From Mizuhopecten yessoensis (Eukaryota): DNA of 64,000 bases. The DNA lies in NCBI RefSeq assembly GCF_002113885.1, contig NW_018480059.1, positions 674,295 through 738,294 on the forward strand, read 5' to 3'. Of this stretch, positions 1 to 14,500 are shown piece after piece. A program made the position numbers and the translations under genes. The number at the start of each line of letters is the position of its first letter. The first letter of the stretch is position 1. Under the pieces are notes generated by a model, which was not told the DNA's origin, did no database searches, and worked only from the letters and a program-made list of their open reading frames with translations.

Positions 1-258
1 AATTCTCAAGCTTTAATGTCTATAAAACAACTATTTTATTAAGATAACCTGTCTTCAATTATTATTTAAAGATGGTAACAGCTTATGTGTTTCATACCAC
101 AACCCAATTATACAACCATTCATTTTACGTTCGTATTTGAACAACTTTCGCTCTCTCACATGGACGGTCCTAATAGACAAGTTTGACAACTAAAAGTCAG
201 GTTCGTGTTATCATAAGTATAGATGGATATTGACATTTTACACTTCTATTATCAACAG

Positions 259-3200
259 GGATCACGTGGAAACCAGGGAGAAGATGGCCGAGCCGTAAGT
301 ACCAAACATAAATACAGTGGTAGCATAATGGTATCTGAAACGAGAGATCAAGCATTAGTAATCCGTATGTATCCCTTATAAGATATAGGGAATATGCCCC
401 TTTTCAATAATATAAGGGAAATAACAAAAATAAATCTTACCTTAAAGTTGTGATACTTTTGATATTTTTTAATATTTTATTATGGTGGACAACTTGTTGT
501 ATTCTAACTATATAATTTACAAAACCAGTAGGGTTGTTTATATGTGTGTTTTTTTTTTTACATTTTACCATGCGTTGTTTATTTGAATAATACATTGCTC
601 TTGCCCTTATATGTTATCGCTAAAACATATTTTTCTAGCAACAGGGAATAAAAAATAGATGATTTTTTGACATGTGTATTTTTTTTTATTTAGTTATATT
701 CATATAAAATTATACCTGAAAATGCAAATGCTTTGTTTTCATCCGACAATATGATATCATTAAAAAAAATATCCTTAACTATAGATGTGTAATCTGTTAA
801 GATAAGTTACTATGCTACAATACCGTTTAATCGTGATTACCTGAAAACATTTATCAGTATATTTTTATTAATCTTCTTTTTCACTTGTGTAAAAGAAGCC
901 ATATTTTTTCACACTTTTACGTTGTGCTTTGATAGGCAATTAATATAGCTATTTGACCTGCTGTATCAAAATATATTAACAAAAATATCATATAAAGGTA
1001 ACAAAAGTGGAATACGGGTACTCCATCGACCCCTCAAAAATGTATGCCTATTAATATAATTTTGTTGCTAAGTACTCATTAAATATATATATTTCTGTAC
1101 AGGGTGTGATGGGAAATGCTGGTATGCCAGGACCCCCAGTAAGTATGACTTATTATTACTTTATTACAATACTTTATAATATTTACTAAATTATATCTTT
1201 TGTTATGATTGATATCTATCAAGCAATTAAAATTAAAAAAAAAAAAAAATCCCTCTATTTTTTCAATATATCAATATTGGAAATGGCAATACTTGGTATC
1301 ACATAGCAATAGCCTCTGAACTCATCATCTTTAGGGAGAGCCGGGACGTTCCATCTACAGCCAGGCAATCACTGGATGGTTTAGCCGTTCCAGCCTGAAG
1401 GGAATACAAGTGAGTATATTTATACAATGGCATGTGTTGTTGTCAGGTTCTATGCTACACTGAAACGCACGTCCTTTTCGGGAGAGTTCATTCCTGAAAC
1501 CTTTGTGAAAAATAAATCTTTATTTTTTAACTGTACTTAATTAATCGAATCCTCTAATTTCACTTATGTTATTTATGATTTATTAGAAAATAATAATTAA
1601 TTTAATAACCTTTTATTAAAATTTGTAACCAAGAATGTTTGATTTTTCAGGGAGACGAACCATTGACTGATTCAGTATGTATTACATAATGTTTGTTTTA
1701 TGATAAAAGTTCCACAAGCTGAATACGCTCACAATATGTTTTCAAGTCTCTTTAGATAGGTGGTCAAAATGGGAAATTCTTTCTCTCTTTCAAGGGATGG
1801 ATCACACGAAATATGATAATTGATTTTGTATAATAACAATATCAAACTTAGTCATTTGTATTTATACAAGGTTAAGTTCTTATGAAGCTATTATCAACAA
1901 ATGCAGGATTATTTAATAATCATACAAATATGTTGTTCTGTATTTCTATGAAATTACCTTCCCACATATAAATTAAGTAATGTTCATTTTATACCCCTAA
2001 GTCTACCTTTTTATCAATATGAAATTCGTGTTTGCCGTGATATTCCATAGCCTACATTTACTATCACAACAGCAAACCAACATTGTGGCCTATCTAAACA
2101 ACATTGGAGAAGAGCTGCAGAAAATTACTCACCCACGTGGTGAAGAGGATTCTCCTTATGCTAGGACTTGCATGGACCTCCGCGTGCTGAACCCAGATTT
2201 GAAAAACGGTACGGAACCTATCAATGACCGCATCATTTTTTAGTCATTTTTAGACGGATTTTTCCAAATCAATATCAGTACTTTCATGATTTTCTTCTTA
2301 GTGCAGTCGATAACTTTTTTAGAAGTTGATTTCTGATGTAATTGTCTTACATTGAAAAAAATGTTTCAAAACAGAATAAAAAAAATACCGTTACTATAGG
2401 TATTTCTCAATGTCGGTGCAATTACATATCTTAATAAAGGAACGTCATTATTTATAATTATAAAATGAGTGGTAGGTTAGGATATGCAAATAAAGAAAGA
2501 TACAGCTATTTGTTCAAATTGGAATCGACAGGACTGTATTGGATTGATCCCAATGGCGGTGTCACCTCAGACAAGATCCAGGTCTACTGTGATTTCCGGA
2601 AGAAGACATACACCTGCGTTAGGCCAATGTATGATATCGTAAGTGTCATCAACAATGTCCTGGTATATTATTACTTTATGAAGATCTTGAAACTATTTCC
2701 ACAGTATTGGGCTATTAGGAAACACATGCGTATCGTTGGCCTATGTCTGATATCACAGCAACTATTGCCTAGTACATCGTCACTGTAAAACAATTTTCAA
2801 AACCATTTCCAAAGGACTACTTTGGTAAATAGATAACAATTTAAAATGTTTTAAACAGGTTTATTGTTGAATGCACAACATGAATGCTATCCAAGGAAAC
2901 TAAATTTTATTGTAGTCATTGTAGATTAATAATTATTGTCATACTTTCCTTAGGTAAGTAACTTAATACTTTATTCATGTCGAGCCTCTTCCGAACTCAA
3001 TTTATGTTGACTATTTTACAGTATGAGAACCAGCAATTAACAAAAGAGGAAGGAGAGGATTATGCTTTGTTTGCCCATAAGACAATCAAGGGCAGAGAGG
3101 TAGGGATATATTCATACGACGTTTTACAGAAGTACTTATAATAAAAACTATTAATATGAAGTTCTACAAAGTATTTAAAGAAATTGTAAGCTTTTCTTCA

Positions 3201-4018
3201 TTATAAATAAGTAAAGCATTTTTGGTACGTTCAATACTAGCGAAGAATGAGTTTAATGTTCACCAAATGTGACTAGTGTTAGCAAAAGCTTGTTTGAAAA
3301 CAAAGGTTACGAGCCTAAAAGCGTTCTAAATGTTCATACTCCTTTGTTGCCGTAGCTGGAGTACAAGTCAAACAGGGTTCAGCTTAAGTTCCTGCAGAAG
3401 GTCAGCTCCAAAGCCCTCCAGACGATTGTGTACAAGTGTAGGAACACTGTTGCCTACTTTAACCGGGCCGAGGACGCCTACAACAAAGCTATCAAACTTA
3501 TCACCTTTGACGACACCGACCTTGGTGCCCAGGGCAGGAAGAAGTACAGATATAAGGTCGTCAGGGATGGTTGTGACGTACGTATAAACTCGTTGTTCTA
3601 CGGTTTAGTTTTGATAGACATTGTACTTATTGCTGTCGAATGAACCAGTTTAACAATGGAGATACATGGTTTTTTTTCTGGATTTTATATTACAACGTGA
3701 ACTTCAGAAAATGATCTGTATCTTTGATATGTGTTTGATTAAGAGCGTTTTTGAATTTGTACGTTTATGAAAATGGGAAAAAGTTGCATACTGCAGTATC
3801 ATATTTCAATTTAAAAATGGATGAATTAACCAATCTTAAACGGACTTTTTTTGTGGTTACAGATGTCTTCCGACAAGTGGGGAGAGACTGTTCTCGAGGT
3901 TAACACAAAGAAGACAGAGAGGTTGCCAATCATTGATATAGGCATCGCAGATATTGGAAAGGCAAACCAGGAGTTCAAGGTTGAAGTGGGGCCTGTGTGT
4001 TTCACTCACGAAATTTAA
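259..4018 (+). CDS. Fibrillar collagen alpha chain A, 5'-partial (end of main helix, C-telopeptide, COLFI C-propeptide)
   Basis: Nine GT-AG exons in consistent phase: 259-294, 1103-1138, 1335-1409, 1651-1674, 2073-2208, 2532-2638, 3022-3099, 3356-3577, 3863-4018 (TAA). Translation: [34 protein letters not shown]...[14 protein letters not shown] ...ARTCMDL...[10 protein letters not shown]...VYCDF...TCV...QLKFLQ...QTIVYKC...DGC...WGETV...RLPIIDI...VGPVCF. These are diagnostic COLFI motifs. Confidence 0.95.
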
Positions 4019-4665
4019 TTTTATAAATGTATGTAGTTTACAATTGAAAAAACCCGATTTTGGACAATTAATGTGTTTAGATAATCATATATTATTTTGA
4101 AGCATACTGTTATCGCTCAAAATTGTTTTACTTGAAAATGACATACTTGTGAAAACATTTTATACCTTTTTTTCTAAATGAAATGACGCCGCATATAAAA
4201 AATTGCTTTATTGTAGGGATTTATTTTTCTGTACGGGGTGGGACCATTTGTTATCATCATTGGGTTGGTTTATTGAAATATAAAACATGTTGGATGCTTG
4301 TGTGTGTGGGACCATTCCTTTGTTGTTTTCCTTTATCAGAGAAAGATAATATATCACGTGACAGGATGTGTAATGTATCCTGTGTATGAAAGTTGCCATG
4401 GAGGATGACGATACGTGACGTCATCGTTAGGTGTACCACCTGCGGTTTGCCATGATACCGCCCCCGATGACGTCACGTTTCAGACCTTGTATTTTTATCT
4501 GTGATATACAGCTTACACTGCCATGATTTCAAGTACTAAAAGCTATAAACACTATCAGACGTCTGAAAGCTGTAATTTCATTGGTCATTAACATTATCAT
4601 TATTCAAGTTGTCTGACGGTATTTTGTATTATATCATGACACTTGCTTGTCTGACCCTTTTCTTA

Positions 4666-4671
4666 AATAAA
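4666..4671 (+). promoter_or_regulatory. Probable polyadenylation signal of collagen A
   Basis: First AATAAA downstream of the stop at 4018, followed by a T-rich tract near 4702-4720. Confidence 0.55.
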
Positions 4672-5500
4672 AATGAGAAAAAATGACAAAACATGGCGTT
4701 CGTTTTTTTCCTTTTTACTTGATAGCTCCATTAAACATTGATATCGTGCATGACATATCTTATTAATTTTAAAACTAGAAATGCTATTTTAAAATAAAAG
4801 AGGAGTACTGCTTGGATATGGTATTGATTGATTATGTTTTAAGAAAAGTAATAATTTGTCAACACTAAAACGTGTAATGTACTTTTTGGTAAATTTAGAA
4901 TCAACGTTATGAGTAAGCTAACATGTAACGTAGTCAGAATATGTTCCATTCTTGGAACGCTTGAAAAGAAACAACGAAAAAGAAATTAACTATATGGCAT
5001 TTCAAATCAAAACAAGTGTTGTATTATATTTTCTGTTTATTAGTGTGTTTACACGGTAAGGATGACAGGTTTCGATATGCAATTCCATGTATTTCGTCCA
5101 AGTAATACCTGGAATATACACGTTTAGATCCGATACCAGAATATCAAGGAACAGTAACAGTTACAAAAATCAAAGCGTATCGTGAGCCATGCAGCAGAAT
5201 TCAGGAAAACGTCGACATATTTGTTCATTATAAGTGTAGTGTTAATCAATATGACGAATTTAGAAATATTGTGGTGCTTATCCAGTTTAGAAAATCATAG
5301 AGGGCGTGGGGATACACTGTATACAAACAAGAGGCATTATATCGAGGCTTTATATCACCCACAGCGATTATCTAAATGCTTTGCCCTGTGCAAAATATTT
5401 TGAATGATTATCAGTTAATGTAACTGAAATTGTTCAGACTACAAAATATGTCTAGTTATATGTATGTATTAAGACATTACGTTCCTTGACCAATATTCCT

Positions 5501-8500
5501 CTATAGATTTCTGCCTAGCCGGTCTATTTCCTTAACGATAAAGTCCATCCCTGACCTATCACAAAGCGGGTTTTCTATTATGATCCGGAAAAAGTTCACT
5601 AGTCCTTTGCTGGACAAAGGCTGGTAGGCGGTCATCATTGTTCCCTCCATCATCATCTTCGTCTTGATCTGTGGCGCCACCTGATGAATGACAAACATAA
5701 TCGAATTTGTTTTAACCTGATTCGATATGATGGCATGGCAATTGAGTCTAATGGCCAGCAGAAGTTTATCATAGGATTGAAAAGAGCTCTATATTAATAC
5801 GCGTGCATACATTAAAGACATGAAAATGGTATAACATGCATACGCGAATAAAGCATTCAGTTTAACATCAATTAATTGAAACGAGCTTTCATCCTAAAGT
5901 GAGATACACATGTATAACAAACGTACGCTTTTTGTGTAGAAGTCACGGGGAAACCTTTACCTTAGCTACTTCTTTCCACCAATCGGTGTTTTCCTCTTTA
6001 CCCCTAAGTCGTGGTGGGATATACCAAAAACTAATGTTCGTGCACTGAAACTAAAAGAATGGTAAGACATTTAATGGTTGTAAAAAGGTTGTTATAAACT
6101 CTAGAGAACCAAATAATTATTTGTGTTTAATTAATTGCCCATGTGAGATACTGTTTCATCTGTGTTTCTTAATATTAATTCCATCAATTTTGATAAAAAT
6201 CTTAAATCAGTTTCACAGTCGAAAGTTGAAGTACGAGTCAACTGTATTATTATTATATAGATGTGTTATCTCTACTACCTCGGGAAGGACTAGCCGGAAT
6301 CCTTCTGTTTCTTTAACCTTCTGTGTCAGGTACCTAGGTAGGAAATCATTATAAATATATAATAGAATCGTAATTTAAAAAATGTATGAATAAAACGGGA
6401 AAGAAAATTAGCGCGACATCCAAATTGAAATTATTTCTGTAACGAAAATGTTATCCGCAAGCTCGGAGATTGCATTAAAAAAACCAATTTTGGTTATCTA
6501 TGCAAAATTCTAAAAAGCTAAACAAAATATCAAAGGAAACAATAGGCATATACAGCTCATCCGCTATTAAAGGTTGTTGGTAAACTCATTTAGCGTCTGT
6601 ATTATTCAAAAAAGGTAAAGAGCAAATTTATTTAAAACTAATTTAGAACAAGTGCGCTAATAATAACTCCACATTTTATCGATCATTTTTATATGAACAT
6701 TAAGAACTATTCAATTCATGAGACCATCAGAATGAATCAAGGCCGTTAATTTGAACAAACTCGATTGCCTGTTGTCCTAATATATAGTTTGATTATTTAA
6801 CCAGTTGACGTTAAAAGTAGGGTTGTTTAAATAAAAAGTAAAGAAAAGTGACCTTGAAATATATTGGCAGTAAAAATGCTCGGAAATAAAGCAAGGCAAT
6901 TATGTTGACTCTTAATTTATAATTTTGAAGTTTAAAAAAACGGATTTGTTTTGTGTTGATGAGTTTCCATACTTTGCCATTTCGAAAGCATGGTCCACTC
7001 GGGCCTCCATACCCTTGTCTCCATACGCTTTCCACTGCATCCAGAGTTTCAATACGTCCGCCTTTCGTCCACATTGTATTGTCTTGTCACCTTTAATCAT
7101 GCAAATTAACGAATATAAGTTGTTGTCCCTATAATTACATTTCAATTTGTCCTAAGAACTATAGTTTTATGCAAAACGCATCATCTAATATTTCTTTCAA
7201 TAACAATTTCCTTATTGGAATGTTTATGATGCTAGCTGTAAAAGGTGAGAAAAATGGACGGGGTTAAATGACAGCAAAACACGAAATATATCTTCTGTCT
7301 CAACAGTAAATTTGACCGATTTAGAGTTCACCGTTTTTGCCCACTAGAATCATAGAAGATGTAACGAAAATTTAGATAACTGCAGGTTATTTTGTATATA
7401 AATAATCTGTAAAGAAAGCATGGATTATTCAACATAAGTAGTTAAATATATTATGCCTCATACCAGTGTATTTACACCTTCTTTTTAAAGTAACCGGTCA
7501 CTTATTTTTCAAATAAATTGAAGGTTTGCAGGTCATTTTAGTATATTCTCGTGTGGTAATTTACGCTGATACTTTTACGTATAACGAGAGTTGTCATATT
7601 TTGGGGACTTCCTTACCTTGTGTTTATCAAAGATTTGGTTTAACTGAAGACATAATGAAATATAATAATTAGGAACAGAGGGCAGTCTATGGACTAGAGT
7701 GGAAATTCATCTGAATAGTCTTTGTTCTGGTCCATTTGACCTTCTGTTGAGGATTGACTAGTCAAGTTACATGCAATATGTGGTATGCATACACTGACCG
7801 TCAATTAATACAGACCAATTCGACATATCGAAGTCGTATACACCATGTTTTTGTTTAGATAAAAATGATGGTACCCATATTACATTTAAACACAACAAGA
7901 TCAGCTGTAATGCAACAAAAGATTATGCAGTATTTTCCAACGGACATAGATATTTTATACATCAAACGCTCGTTTTGGGCATATTAGAAAGATTTCACAT
8001 TACAAAATCTAAGACGAGATGGAAGCATTTTTGTCTTCATTATTATTCGTGATAACTACATATATATTAATTCCACTACATTTCTTAAAAATTAATTACT
8101 CATATCATATTTTAATGTTGACACATTTCATTAAATTCGCGTAGCCGAATTTCATGAAAAGGGCGAATAAGATGATCTACTACGATAAATACAATTTTGC
8201 AATTGCACAATTTATTATAATTTTCTTAGAGTTAAAGACTAACTTGTAACTTGTGGAAACCGGGGTCTCTTTTTAAAAAGAATATGGTATAGATTTATGT
8301 AATCTACTTGATAGTATGTTTAATAAAATTCACATTGTAAAAACAGGTCCTTACTGTCCAGATAAAGATTACCTTAATTTTATTTTATTTTTCTATTTTG
8401 CAGCGTTACTTAAATCAAGGTATCATATTCTCACTGCCAGTTATATTACAAAGAAGATTTTAACCGGTTCCTAGTTTAGATAAGGTCTTGCACATAAGAA

Positions 8501-11500
8501 ATGTGGAGTTTCTGTGAAATGACCTATGTTATATCTTCAATAAGATTCATCAGTTTGGAAATATGTAATATCAAAGTTTTACTTTCAACACAATCAATGT
8601 ACGAGTTAAACGTGTCGCAACGTTTCTAGACCAACTGATCCCTTTGTTAAGAAGCAATCAAAATCAGGGAAACTCCAAACATGAACAGACGCGAAGGGAG
8701 ACACTAGCTGATTCAACTGTATGACCCTATATTGACATAACGGGAGGGGGCTAAATCTACACCCTACCTGTGACGTATTCGATGCAATGTGTATACGCTC
8801 TCTATCGATAGGCGAAACTGCCCGGGTCGAGTGACATAAAAAAACATGATATCGTCACATCGTTGTACAGGTAAAAAAAATACAAATCGACACTCAGTCA
8901 TAGATTGAAAAAAAGGGACCAGTCTGTCATGAAACGTTGCGACACGCTTAATATGGACATTATTTGTGTTGAATGTGAACCTTCGATAAGACCTATGTAA
9001 TATGTTACCAATATCGTAGGAGGTGTCGTAGCATTTGTCTGGTTGAAACAGATACTCTGCATGGAACGAGTTGCATTGTTCCAAGAGTCCCTTCAATAGA
9101 AAACAGAATATTATGATTTAGTACAAGACCTATCTCGTTGCAGAGCATTGTTTAATTACAAAATTGAAAACAATGCACCCATCTTCCGAATTATTCATAT
9201 CATAATTGACAATACTTTTTAGCTTTTAAATAGACGTTAGCATTTTTAATACAATTATCAAGTTTAAAAGCAACCAAATATTCACAAGAAAGTGAGTGAG
9301 CACGTGTCGCTTCTTACTTGAAACTGTTAGTCATTTACTTTTCGCGTACGCTTACTTTTGCAAGTATTCATTAGCATTTGTTTCGTGACTTGAGGAATAC
9401 TAGAAGGAATCATGTACATATACAAAAAATCGTGAAATATTCACAATTGACTTTATTCAGGAATATTCACTATATTCACTTAGATATAATTCGCGTAACA
9501 TGAGTTATTAACAGTATCCTTCAACCATGATGGTATGAAATCCTGTGCTTGTAACATAATGTATAAGTCTGTTACAATTTGCTTTTAGTAAAATTCAAAT
9601 GTTCTGATACACTATGCTTGGTGTAATATTGCACTGTTCACATACACCATGCTTGTTTAAAAATAAGTTGCCTGATACACTATACTTGATATTAAATCAT
9701 ATTGGTATGATAAGTATAATTGGTGTAATACCATGCTTCTATTATACACTGAATTAGGTGTAAATCTAAAGCGGTATGTTATTCTATTCCTATTATGAAA
9801 CTATAGTGGTTTGATGTATTCTGCTTGGTTCACTATCATTCTGGGACATTATGATTGGTGTAAAATTGTAGTCATCTGATAATTATACTTGACTATTTTT
9901 TTTATTCCTATGAGATACTACGTTTGGTGCTAATTCACAGTTGTCTGATATCGATACCGTATGGTTAGTGTAATGTCATAGTGGATTGATACAGACGTAT
10001 ATGTGTTTCATTGGACGAATTAAACGACTACCTTCTCTTTCATGAGCAGAGTTGAACACTGGATAGGTACACCACTCATCTTATGCTGGTTCCACGCCAC
10101 CGAGTCTGCTCTGATGTATTAAAGAAGTAAATGCAGACAGAATAATTATAAGCACAAAATTAAACGTGTGGGAAGTTAAACACATATACGATAGGTACAA
10201 AGAAACAAGATATCAGAGACAGTGTAAGTGTTTGTATACTGATGTTGGAAGTTACAAATAGAATGAAAGAATTTAAAAATTAAAAGATTTTTGAAAAACT
10301 AATCTGCATAACAAATATATAGGTCATTATGAATAACTTATGATATACAACGGATTTCCAATAAATGATTAATTCGTATAATTGTTATATATTCATTGTC
10401 CTTTCTATAAAAAAAACAAAATAAATGACAAACTTAATTTTAATAAAATCGTGAATTTATTGTACAGATTATTTTTTGAGAATATGTTAATAAATTGAGA
10501 TGTAATATTGAATGTTGTTAACAATTTAATATCATAAATGTAATATATCAACCGATAACATTATCTATATTTGAATTCTTGAGTGTTGAGTGTTACCTTT
10601 CAACTCCACTCATGAGTGAATGGTGTTTTGCTGATAAGATTGCACTTCCTCCCCAGGCCGCCTGTATGTATAAGGAGATATATCAAAATGAAATTTTGTT
10701 AGTAGTGGTTGTACATGTAACGTCAAGTTAAATGGAATGGGGCCGTACACTATCGTTCATCGTCCCAAACATTAGTTATTTGATATACAGATGATGTGAT
10801 TTTTTTATCACTTTAATATTAAGTCATTATCTCATAACAAACTATTGAAATGAGATATTTGGCACTAACATGTCTAACATTGAAGCAAAACTTATTCTTC
10901 CGTGCAGTATAGTTAAACTAAATTAAATTACAGTAACCTCATTAATACAATACAGTGATCACAATCTAGTATCTAAAACGTACGTCGACGTGCATCCAGA
11001 CGGAGTGCTTCTGACAAACATCGGCTATAGCATTGAGGTCGTCATAGGAACCAAGAACAGTCGAACCACAGGTGGCCATCACAAACACCGGCTGTGTTCC
11101 CTTTAAACATTATCAAAACACTACATAAATGATTACCTAGTATATATAAGAGACATAGGATGAGGTGGTTCTGATTTTTCTTTACAATTCTTCAAACTCG
11201 ACACTCATTTCAGGTTCCTGTGTGTTAAAGTTTCATTCACAAAGATAAATAACCACTCGAGGTGAATTAGTTGATTTATTAATAGGCTGACGAAGGAAAT
11301 TTTAATATATATCTAACTGCCATTGTTTCACTTATTGAAAACACAAACTGACACTTTTGCCAAGACAGCTTAAATGTTTAGCCAAAATACATTTTATTGT
11401 TATTTTTACCTACGTATGTTTCGTGACATTGCTTACCTTCGTTTTCTGTTCTGTGAGTTTTTTGTCAAGATCAGTTGGACACATCCGTCCGATATCGTCC

Positions 11501-14500
11501 GTATTGACCCTGATTAGGTTGTCCATTCCTAATCCCAAAAAACTGGACCCTTTGGCTAGAGAGTAGTGTGCCTTAAACAGTTTACATAAAACACTTGGTA
11601 ATTAAAAGGACGAAAGAAAATGAAATTTCACAGAATGATATTAGTTACAACATATTGATAGTATGACGTCGGGACATGGAAAAGAATCACCGTTGTTGTG
11701 TTTGTCGCTATGACAACCTGCTGTTGGAACATTTTCTATGAAATCCTCATTATCCAGTTACTATGGCTGTCTCATTTACGCAATGTGACGATGTTATTTC
11801 ACGGTATACTCGTTTCTGTGATAAATAATTCTTAGTCTCAGTGACATGTTAGCTTTATAAGACATTTTACAAAGGCAGTAAAATCCAGCATAAACTAATG
11901 AACATTAAAATATTAGTTTATTTTATTTTATCCTTTATTAAGATCAAAACACTCATTTAATGCGTTAAATATTTGGATAAACGATTAATATTTTGAATGA
12001 TCATTTATCTTATGCTTATAAGTGTATTTTATAACACGTATATTAATTATACCTACATCTGAATGAGTAAACATCGTCATGACCTTCGACCCGAAATTAC
12101 CCGTCTGTTTGAGTGACGGATTGGTCTGGTACCTCGCAACATGTAGTGCTAGGATATTGGAATAGGAACCACCTGGGAAAGATATCAACATACAAAATAA
12201 GATATCATAATTCAAAATCAAAATTAAATTAAATTAATATCAATATTCAAAGGCGTCAACATCAGAACTCAGATATAAAATTGCAACATAAACCGCTACA
12301 GCAATCTACAATGAAATCAGATGTTCCAGAAGAATAAGTGTTTCAATCACATATGTTACTCGTCATTCACAGAGATTACCGTATGTCACCATGATCAATG
12401 TTACTTTCATCCGAAATCGATATGCTTCTAAATTCTGAGTGCTTACTTATAGCATAGATTGTAATTATAGAGTGTGCTTTAGAATATGCTATCTTCAACA
12501 ATGACAAATTCATTTCTTTACCTGGACAAAAAACACCGTCACCATTTGGAAATCCAAACACTGAACACATTTTTTTCATCATGTACTTCTCCAAGATCAC
12601 GAAAACAGGGGCTACTTCGTAAGTGTGTCTGCAAGAGTGAACACTTTTTAGTAGAAACAACACTTATTGTAGAAAAAACCCGAAACATATTTAAGATTAG
12701 CTTTCAAACGACAAAACATCCTACACTGGCATATTTCATACTTAATTTTGCTTATTATGCTAATTAGATTATTGTTTCCATTGATAGATTCATTACCACA
12801 GATTTCATATTTTGCCTGGAATTCTTCTTGTTGTATCTTACCTGGATCAATGCAATAACACGATTGTTCCAGTTAGCATGATTGCTAAGATAATAGTCAT
12901 GTGTTTCACTGTTTGCAAAACAATTCAAAAGCCTATCAAACATCAGGACGAGGTCTTCTAAGGATGGAATTTCCGATGTAACAAGGATAATTATAAATTC
13001 ATAAATTCAAATAGTGAATGTGTCGTGCAACTGTACACATAAACATTAAACAAACAATGCGACGGATTTTGTCAACCTACACTCAGGAAAATCTTACGCT
13101 TATGCTTAATTTCCCGTAAAGTTTGTCAATGAATCAGGGCCGGAGAGGTGTTCGGACACACGAGGTTTTATTTTTGCACAAGCGTTTGGCATGACGTCAT
13201 GTGGTGATACATTACGAGTCGACTCACAGATTAGTGCTAAGGGCGTCAGTGAGCCACGCCCCCGCCATGCTGTATGGATCTTTGCCGCTGTAAAGCTGAT
13301 TATAGAATCGAGGATGACCTGACAATATACAAAATAATATCTTACAGTACATATGATGTCATTATTTATCGATGATATAGGACAACTACGTAGCTTATTT
13401 TTTGGATCATTGTAATTAAGTGAACAAAAAAGATAATTTAAGCTTTAGGCAAATTTGACACTTATAATATTATGTTTGTTATTACTTTTTTTTGTGTCTA
13501 GGTCATGCTAAATATTTTACATATATATCAAACTAGAGACATGTTATCATCTAGGTGTGAAATAACACTTGTTATTTAATTCGTGTTGTATTTTTGGTAC
13601 TTTGCACTTTACAAATGCAGAATCCAATAAACAAAATGTTCTGACAAAGTCATATAAAATATATTCTTCGTAAGTGTAATATGTTTAACAACCTTACGAA
13701 ATCATTTTTTATAATCTAACTTCCCAAACTCAAAAATATCACCTTAAAAACACATATTTACTACATATGCATTATAGCTCATGGTTATTAATGCCTTAAA
13801 TTTAAAATGATTATAGCAATAGCCGAGTGTTAGTGAGTATATTCGTTTACATGCATATGCATTTAACTTATGCTTTACTGCAAAGGGAATGAAACACACT
13901 AAGAAAACAACAGTCGTTAACATACACTGTACCAACGCTGACACTAGTTCAGAGTATATATGAAGTGACACATGAAACTAATCTATAATATAAAGAATTC
14001 ACAATTTAATGTTAATGCTGATTTCAGATAGAGTCCGAATTCTCTATGTTTCAAGCAAACAAAAATTGCAATCTGTACATTGGTGTTCTGACTATAATTC
14101 GATTGATTAAAGAAAATAAAAAGCAGGACCTGTATACATAAGAGAAGAACCAATTATTGACCGTACCTGTTTTAACGCTGTACTTTATCAGGTCACTACT
14201 CAGCTCCAGTAACCGTTCGTTTGAAGTAGGTCCGTCTTGAATGTTAAGGTCGAGTAATTTCTGTTACAAAAATAGTTGGTTAGTAAAAGCTACATTGTAC
14301 CTCAACAACATTCCCAAATGATAACATATATCGCTAATGATCATTGGTAATGGAATAGCTTTAGCTTGTGTTCTATAAATTGAGAATAAACTAAGGATAT
14401 TGTATGTACATTTAAAGCAGAATCAACCATTTATCATAAGAACCCTTTACAACGTGAACTCTTTGAACTCCTGAAATGTTTTGAATCATAATATAACTTA

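Noticed and set aside
4515-4538. Resemblance to the complement of miR-29 (acactg...gatttcaa...gtacta)
   Set aside because: There is no TGGTGCT seed match, and I saw none in either collagen 3'UTR. The similarity is limited to the miRNA 3' half.
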